DNA of 13,229 bases from Candidatus Latescibacterota bacterium. Lineage in GTDB: Bacteria > Latescibacterota > UBA2968. Shown here one piece after another: positions 7,804 through 13,229 of the stretch. Within the stretch, counting starts at the first letter, position 1. Each line of letters opens with the position of its first letter. A program made the position numbers and the translations under genes. A model generated the notes under the pieces. It was not told the DNA's origin. It worked only from the letters and a program-made list of their open reading frames with translations, and did no database searches. The stretch spans positions 1-13,229 of the forward strand of contig JAYODI010000118.1 in assembly GCA_038279365.1 (NCBI GenBank), given 5' to 3'.

Positions 7804-8757
7804 ATGGCAAAAAATAAAGTGATTGCTGTTGTGGGTGCCACGGGTGCACAAGGGGGTGGGTTGGTCCAGGCGATTTTGAATGATGCGGAGGGTTCTTATC
7901 TGGCGCGTGCCCTAACACGCAATGAGGGTTCTGATAAGGCACAGGCTTTGGCGCAACAAGGTGCTGAGGTGGTTCAGGCTGATTTGGATGATGTTGAGAG
8001 TCTTAAGCAAGCTTTTGCTGGCGCGGATGCGGCCTATTGTGTGACCAATTTTTGGGAACACTTTTCGCCTGAAAAAGAATTGGCTCAGGCACAAAACTTG
8101 GTGGATGCGGCCAAAGATGCTGGTTTGGATCATGTGATTTGGTCAACGCTTGAAGACACACGCCAATGGGTGCCATTAAGTGATGATCGCATGCCCACAT
8201 TGATGGAGAAGTACAAGGTGCCACACTTTGATGCCAAAGGCGAAGCCAATCATTTGTTTACAGATGCCGGTATTCCCACAACGTTTTTGCTCACGTCTTT
8301 TTATTGGGATAACCTGATTTATTTTGGCATGGGGCCTAAACCAGGACAAGATGGTAAGCTTTATATCACATTGCCAATGGATGATCAACCCTTACCAGGC
8401 ATTGGTGCCGAAGATATTGGCAAGTGTGCGTATGGTATTTTTAAAGCGGGTTCAGAATATGTTGGAAAAACGGTTGGTATTGCAGGGGCTCATTTGACAG
8501 GTGCGCAGATGGCAACCGCATTGACCCAAGCACTTGGTAAAGAAGTAGGCTATCAGACTGTGTCACCAGATGTGTATCGTGGTTTTGGTTTTCCGGGTGC
8601 GGAAGATTTGGGCAATATGTTTCAAATTAAGCGCGACTTTAATGCGCAGTTTTGTGGGCCACGCAGTTTAGATGTGTCACGTGCATTGAATCCCTCTTTG
8701 ATGAATTTTGATCAATGGCTTGCAAAATACAAAGATCAGATGCCACTTGACGCGTAG
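7804..8757 (+). CDS. NmrA/HSCARG family NAD(P)-binding protein, 317 aa
   Basis: IAVVGATGAQGGGL Rossmann motif, RALTRN, VTNFWEH, VIWSTLED, VPHFDAKGE and FPGAEDLGNMF. RBS AGAGGAG at 7791-7797. Confidence 0.93.
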   Translation: MAKNKVIAVVGATGAQGGGLVQAILNDAEGSYLARALTRNEGSDKAQALAQQGAEVVQADLDDVESLKQAFAGADAAYCVTNFWEHFSPEKELAQAQNLVDAAKDAGLDHVIWSTLEDTRQWVPLSDDRMPTLMEKYKVPHFDAKGEANHLFTDAGIPTTFLLTSFYWDNLIYFGMGPKPGQDGKLYITLPMDDQPLPGIGAEDIGKCAYGIFKAGSEYVGKTVGIAGAHLTGAQMATALTQALGKEVGYQTVSPDVYRGFGFPGAEDLGNMFQIKRDFNAQFCGPRSLDVSRALNPSLMNFDQWLAKYKDQMPLDA

Positions 8758-8788
8758 GATATATAAAAAAAGATGAGGACTTTTGGTC

Positions 8789-9799
8789 ATGCAAACGACT
8801 GTTTCTACGCTTATTGGTACAGGTGTCGCTGGGTATTCTGATCAACAAGTAAATAACCCGTATGGTTTGGTCATTGGGCCAGATGGGGCACTGTATTTTT
8901 GTGATTTGGATAACCAACGGATTCGAAGGCTTGATTTAAAGACGCGTCGGACAACGACAGTTGCAGGCAATGGTGAACGGGCCTATGCAGGTGATGGTGG
9001 GCTTGCGACTGATGCGGCGTTGAATATGCCGCATGAGATTCAGTTTGATGCGGAGGGTCATTTTTATATTGCTGAACGCGACAATCATGTGATTCGCAAA
9101 GTGGATGGAAAGACCGGAATTGTTTCTACATTTGCGGGCACAGGTGAAGCGGGTTTTTCGGGTGACGGTGGACTTGCAACACAGGCACAGCTGCGTTCGC
9201 CACATAGCATTGCAGTGGATCAGGATCGACAGCGGTTGCTCATTTGCGATATTGGGAACCATCGCATTCGACAAGTAAGTTTGGATACGGGTGTGATTGA
9301 AACGTTTGGTGGTACGGGTGAAAAATTGCCAACACCTGACGGCGCACCGATTCAGGGCACACCGCTAACGGGACCCAGAACGATGGCTTTTGATCGGGCG
9401 GGTAATTTGTATTTGGCACTGCGTGAAGGCAATGCGATTTATCGTATTGATGTTGCAAGTGAGACAGTTCACCATGTGGCGGGAACGGGTGAAAAAGGTT
9501 ACTCGGGAGATGGTGGTCTGGCACGCGAGATCACATTGGCAGGGCCTAAGGGGTTGGCGTGGTGGCAGGATAAGTTGTATGTGGTGGACACCGAAAATCA
9601 TGTGATTCGCAGAATTGATCTTAAAACGGGTCTCACACAAACGGTGCTTGGAACAGGTGTGGTGGGTGATGGGCCTGAACCTGATCCTTTACAATGTGCG
9701 CTTGCACGGCCACACGGTGTGTTTGTGGATGCGGAGGGATTGATTTATGTGGGGGACAGTGAGGCACATCGTATTCGAACGGTTACACAAGTGTTTTAG
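8789..9799 (+). CDS. NHL-repeat (six-bladed beta-propeller) protein, about 336 aa
   Basis: Repeated units such as AGNGERAYAGDGGLATDAALNMPHEI, AGTGEAGFSGDGGLATQAQLRSPHSI and AGTGEKGYSGDGGLAREITLAGPKGL, each followed by YIAD..NH.IR.VD-type strands. Start placed at ATG 8789 (GAGGA at 8775-8779); the ORF track starts at TTG 8783. Confidence 0.9.
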   Translation: MQTTVSTLIGTGVAGYSDQQVNNPYGLVIGPDGALYFCDLDNQRIRRLDLKTRRTTTVAGNGERAYAGDGGLATDAALNMPHEIQFDAEGHFYIAERDNHVIRKVDGKTGIVSTFAGTGEAGFSGDGGLATQAQLRSPHSIAVDQDRQRLLICDIGNHRIRQVSLDTGVIETFGGTGEKLPTPDGAPIQGTPLTGPRTMAFDRAGNLYLALREGNAIYRIDVASETVHHVAGTGEKGYSGDGGLAREITLAGPKGLAWWQDKLYVVDTENHVIRRIDLKTGLTQTVLGTGVVGDGPEPDPLQCALARPHGVFVDAEGLIYVGDSEAHRIRTVTQVF

Positions 9800-9801
9800 G
9801 A

Positions 9802-11325
9802 TTACGTACGTTGGGCTGCATTTTTGCCAGCAATGCGACCACTGGTAAGGGCCCAAGCGATGTGGAGGCCGTGGCCGAAGATGACCATGCCGCCCATGGC
9901 ATTGGTGCCGCCGCCATAAAGGCCAGGAATGGGTTGACCACTTGTATTGAGCACTTGGAGGTTGCGGTTGAGGCGCAGACCGCCTTCTGTGTGCACAATC
10001 CAGCTTTTGACGGGGCCGAGGGCGTAATAGGGGCCATTTGAAAAATCTGTTTGAAAGTTTTGCCGCCCAAAGGTGTCGGGTTCACCTTGGGCGGCTTTTT
10101 TTATTTGGGCGATGGTGTGTTCGAGGTTTTGTGGAGAGATGTTTATTTTTTGGGCGAGTTCGTCTAATGAATTTCCTTGGGCATATACATCGGAGCGAAG
10201 GCGGCGATAGTCTTGGATGTAGGCATAGGCGATGTCGGGTGCGGTAGAGATGAAGTGAGGCCATTGGGAGAAGGTGTTGGCCAAGTGTTGGTCAAGGAGG
10301 ATGTAGGCGATTTTATTGGGTTGTTGGGGAATGGCCAATTCGGGGTTGTTGGTTTCGTTGGTGAAGCGTTTGCCGTGGGTGTTGATGAGAATGGCCCCTT
10401 GTTCGTAAAGCGCATTTTCGGGATGTTGCCAGGTGACAAGCAAGCGTTTGATGAGACGGCGCATGATAGACTTGGGTAGGTAGTCGGTGGTTTTGGCCAT
10501 GAGTTTGGCGAGCAAGGGATGGGTGGGTAAGAGTTGTGAGAAGGGTTTGCGTGGTGGTGCTATGAAGCGAATTTCTGGGCCGTAGATGAGGTCCATGTTG
10601 ATGAGGTCGGCACCGACGGTTTCGGCAAGCAGATGACCATCTCCTGTGGCGTTGGGGTTGATGCCTTCAATGGCGGCAATGTTGGCGGGCAGGTGTTTTT
10701 GTTTGACCATATCGCCACTGGAATAGTCTCCAGCTGCCAGGATGACACCTTTGTGCGCGCGAATATCGATGTGGCCATTGGGATGGCTGGCACGCACGCC
10801 TGCAATGCTGCCATCGGGGTTTTGGTAGAGGGTTTCCACTTTGTGATTGTGGCGGACAGCGGCTCCTTTTTCAAGGGCGTGGCGATGTAAGGCGGCGATG
10901 TAGGCTTTGGCATTGGGTACGACGTTGTGCATGCGGGCCACACGGTTGGGTGGTTCTGGGCTGGGGCCGTAAAACTCTAAGTGAAAATTTTGAAGCCAAG
11001 CGAGGGTGTCGGCGGCATTTTCGGCGAAAAATTGACGCATGTTGGCATTGTTTTTGGGTTCGCGGTGGGCTGCAAATTTGGCCATGTCTTCATTGTGCCA
11101 GGTGGGATAGTCTTTGATGCCTGCAGCTTTTTGAAGGGATGTGCAAGCGGCGGTGAAGGAGCCAATGGCGATGCCTGTGGTACCTCCCAGTTCGGGCATT
11201 TTTTCAAGGAGGATAACAGAAGCCCCTGCTTCGCTGGCTGAGACAGTGGCGGCCAAACCGGTGCCTCCGCCACCAATGACAATGACGTCGGTTTCTTTGT
11301 GCCAAGTTTTGGGAAGATTGTTCAT
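9802..11325 (-). CDS. FAD-dependent oxidoreductase, FAD_binding_2 (fumarate reductase flavoprotein / 3-ketosteroid dehydrogenase-like) superfamily, 507 aa
   Basis: DVIVIGGGGTG, LLEKMPELGGTT, VILAAGDY, TGDGH, ILINTHGKRFTNE, TEGGL, PIPGLYGGG and ALTSGRIAG. Start placed at MNNLPK (ATG 11325) from the promoter geometry; the ORF track extends to 11361. Confidence 0.88.
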   Translation of the reverse strand: MNNLPKTWHKETDVIVIGGGGTGLAATVSASEAGASVILLEKMPELGGTTGIAIGSFTAACTSLQKAAGIKDYPTWHNEDMAKFAAHREPKNNANMRQFFAENAADTLAWLQNFHLEFYGPSPEPPNRVARMHNVVPNAKAYIAALHRHALEKGAAVRHNHKVETLYQNPDGSIAGVRASHPNGHIDIRAHKGVILAAGDYSSGDMVKQKHLPANIAAIEGINPNATGDGHLLAETVGADLINMDLIYGPEIRFIAPPRKPFSQLLPTHPLLAKLMAKTTDYLPKSIMRRLIKRLLVTWQHPENALYEQGAILINTHGKRFTNETNNPELAIPQQPNKIAYILLDQHLANTFSQWPHFISTAPDIAYAYIQDYRRLRSDVYAQGNSLDELAQKINISPQNLEHTIAQIKKAAQGEPDTFGRQNFQTDFSNGPYYALGPVKSWIVHTEGGLRLNRNLQVLNTSGQPIPGLYGGGTNAMGGMVIFGHGLHIAWALTSGRIAGKNAAQRT

Positions 11326-11331
11326 GGTTTC

Positions 11332-11360
11332 ATGATAGGCTGGTTGGGGGTGGATGTCCA
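11332..11360 (-). promoter_or_regulatory. Putative sigma70-type promoter for the flavoprotein gene
   Basis: Minus strand reads TGGACA (11360-11355), a 17-nt spacer, TATCAT (11337-11332), 6 nt, then ATG (11325). Each hexamer matches consensus at 5 of 6 positions. Confidence 0.6.
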
Positions 11361-11494
11361 TTGTTTTTGTTTTTGAGGGGTGAGAAAAGGGATGCGGGTT
11401 TGGAGGGAGCGTATTAAATTGGGTGAGGAAAAGGAACGAATGGACGCGCAGGCGAAGCCTACAACGAGCGTAGCGAATAATAGACGAAGGGGTT

Positions 11495-11530
11495 TTGATT
11501 CGCAGTTTCGTTGATTCGCAGTTTCGTAGT
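11495..11530. repeat. Short tandem repeat: 2 x TTGATTCGCAGTTTCG (16 bp), with an underlying 8-bp period TTCGnnnn x4
   Basis: Exact copies at 11495-11510 and 11511-11526. TTCG occurs at 11499, 11507, 11515 and 11523. Confidence 0.85.
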
Positions 11531-11552
11531 TTTGCCGTTAAGGAGGTTGATT

Positions 11553-12761
11553 ATGGCCAGTGTGTATGCAATTGCGACAATGGATACCAAGGGACAAGAG
11601 ATTTTGTATGTGGCAGAATGTGTGCGACAGGCAGGGGCTGATGTGGTGGTGGTGGACGTGGGAACACAGGCTCAAGTGCAGGGTGTGCCTGATGTATCGC
11701 GTGAAACGGTGGCGGCATGTCACGAAGGTGGGGCAGATGCGGTGTTGGGGCATACGGATCGAGGCAAAGCAGTAACAGCAATGGGAGAGGCGTTGTGTGC
11801 TTTTTTGGTGGGTGAATATGCGGCGGGAAAAGTTGCGGGGGTGATTGGGATTGGGGGGAGTGGGGGCACGGCACTCATTACGCCTGCGATGCAAGCTTTG
11901 CCTGTGGGGGTGCCTAAGGTGATGGTGTCTACGGTGGCCAGTGGCAATACGGCACCTTATGTGGGGTGTTGTGATATTACGATGATGTATTCGGTGGTGG
12001 ATGTGGCGGGCATGAATCGGGTGTCTCGACAGGTGTTTGGCAATGCGGCGCATGCCATTGCGGGGATGGTGACTCATGCGGTGGATCAAGGGGATGATAA
12101 GCGTACGGTGGGGATGACAATGTTTGGGGTGACGACGGCGTGTGTGACGATGGTGCGGGAGATGTTGGAAGCGGAAGGGTATGATTGTTTGGTGTTTCAT
12201 GCAACGGGTACGGGTGGGCAGGCGATGGAGAAGTTGGTGGAGAGTGGGATGATTGATGGGGTGCTGGATATTACGACCACAGAGGTGGCAGATGAGGTGG
12301 TGGGTGGGGTTTTTGCGGCAGGGCCTGAGCGGTTTGATCGGATATTGGAGAAGGGGAGTCCGTATGTGGTGAGTGTGGGGGCGTTGGATATGGTGAATTT
12401 TGGGGCGAAGGATACGGTGCCTCAAAAATTTCAAAATCGAAAATTGCATGTTCATAATGCGCAGGTGACACTGATGCGTACGACGGTTGAGGAGAACAAA
12501 CAGTTTGGGGCGTGGATGGCGAATAAGTTGAATCGGTCGAAACGGCCGATTCAGGTTTTGATTCCTGAGAAGGGGGTGTCGTTGATTGATGATGTGGGGC
12601 AACCGTTTTATGACCCGGATGCGGATGCGGCGTTGTTTGAGGTGTTGGAATCGGAGATTGTGCAGACGGGGGAGCGGGTGGTGAAGCGGTTTCCGTATGG
12701 TATTAATGATCGGGGGTTTGCGGAGGCGTTGGTGGGGGCGTTTAAGGAGGTGGGTGGGTAG
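11553..12761 (+). CDS. UPF0261 / Tm-1-like ATP-binding domain protein, 402 aa
   Basis: IATMDTKGQE, DRGKAVTAM, GIGGSGGT, LPVGVPKVMVSTVASG, TMFGVTT, VFHATGTGG, LDITTTEVADE, GALDMVNFG and HNAQVTLMRT. Strong RBS AGGAGG at 11541-11546 before ATG 11553; the ORF track starts at 11511. Confidence 0.93.
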   Translation: MASVYAIATMDTKGQEILYVAECVRQAGADVVVVDVGTQAQVQGVPDVSRETVAACHEGGADAVLGHTDRGKAVTAMGEALCAFLVGEYAAGKVAGVIGIGGSGGTALITPAMQALPVGVPKVMVSTVASGNTAPYVGCCDITMMYSVVDVAGMNRVSRQVFGNAAHAIAGMVTHAVDQGDDKRTVGMTMFGVTTACVTMVREMLEAEGYDCLVFHATGTGGQAMEKLVESGMIDGVLDITTTEVADEVVGGVFAAGPERFDRILEKGSPYVVSVGALDMVNFGAKDTVPQKFQNRKLHVHNAQVTLMRTTVEENKQFGAWMANKLNRSKRPIQVLIPEKGVSLIDDVGQPFYDPDADAALFEVLESEIVQTGERVVKRFPYGINDRGFAEALVGAFKEVGG

Positions 12762-12819
12762 GATGGGTTTGGTGAGGGGAGGGTCGGTTGATTTATGATG
12801 TTATTTCTTTTTGTGATTT

Positions 12820-12870
12820 GCCTTCGGCGACCCACTTTTGTAACGACACAAAAGTGGGCAAAAAGTCGCC
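12820..12870. repeat. Palindromic intergenic element (nested hairpin)
   Basis: Perfect 11-bp stem CCCACTTTTGT-aacgac-ACAAAAGTGGG (12831-12858), extended by GGCGA (12826-12830)/TCGCC (12866-12870) across a CAAAAAG bulge. GCC-TTC-GGC mini-hairpin at 12820-12828. Confidence 0.7.
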
Positions 12871-13229
12871 CCTCAGGTGCCGGGGAGGCTGATTTTCCGC
12901 AAATCTCTTTTGAAGGTTCTCAAAGTAAAATAGCCTACGAGAGTGGGTGTTGTTACAAGGTTGGTCGTGGGATGGAATGGTGCGGAAAATCATGATCGGT
13001 TGGCTGATGGGTGGTTGTGATGGTTTTTGTTTTTGGATAGGGTTAGGGGCATTTAGGTTTGGTTTATAGGGTTTATAGTCTGCAGGACTTCCCAGTTGTC
13101 GCGCTGGAATTATGGAAATTTTTTCATTAAACCGGCAATGATTTGATAGCGTTTTTGATTCTTAGCCCGAAGGCCTTTTCCCTAAAATAGCACCGGAAAC
13201 GCAAGTTCAGCGAAGCTAATTTATTCCGG

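Noticed and set aside
9083-9611. Exact 16-bp repeat AATCATGTGATTCGCA at 9083-9098 and 9596-9611
   Set aside because: Encodes the NHVIR motif of two NHL blades, so it is explained by the protein repeat.
11495-11526. Direct repeat considered as a CRISPR remnant
   Set aside because: Only two abutting 16-bp units, with no spacer and no cas genes.
11538-12602. 354-aa His/Arg/Pro-rich ORF on the minus strand
   Set aside because: Antisense shadow of the UPF0261 gene. Its composition is the mirror of GTG/GAT/GCG-rich codons, and it has no recognisable domain.
12793-12995. Two 66-aa ORFs on opposite strands downstream of UPF0261
   Set aside because: Both run through the palindromic element and have no recognisable protein features.
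13036-13080. Telomere-like or G-quadruplex-like GGGTTAGGGG and GGTTTATAG x2
   Set aside because: Too few regular G-tracts; expected from the general G/T bias.
12871-13110. Riboswitch considered (CTCAGGTGC resembles fragments of glycine or cobalamin motifs)
   Set aside because: The other conserved elements of those riboswitches are absent. An Rfam scan would be decisive.

Overview
A bacterial chromosomal segment containing nine complete catabolic or unknown-function genes and the 3' tail of a probable RelB/DinJ-type antitoxin at the left edge. In order: a minus-strand alginate-lyase/heparinase II/III-type polysaccharide lyase; an NADP-dependent alkenal reductase (PGR/YncB-CurA-like); a PhyH-family Fe(II)/2OG dioxygenase; a closely spaced run of an atypical GH32-like hydrolase, an S1 sulfatase, an NmrA/HSCARG protein and an NHL-repeat beta-propeller; a convergent FAD_binding_2 flavoprotein that appears to be leaderless; and a UPF0261/Tm-1-like protein. 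The + strand is strongly G/T-rich regardless of gene orientation, except over the GH32 gene, whose codon usage differs and whose catalytic motifs are altered (RDP to WDP, EC to SC). Intergenic regions hold three terminators and several structured or periodic repeats (11437-11530, 12820-12870, 13162-13229). No rRNA, tRNA, CRISPR array, transposase or integrase was recognised. All product calls come from motif recognition by eye, not database searches.
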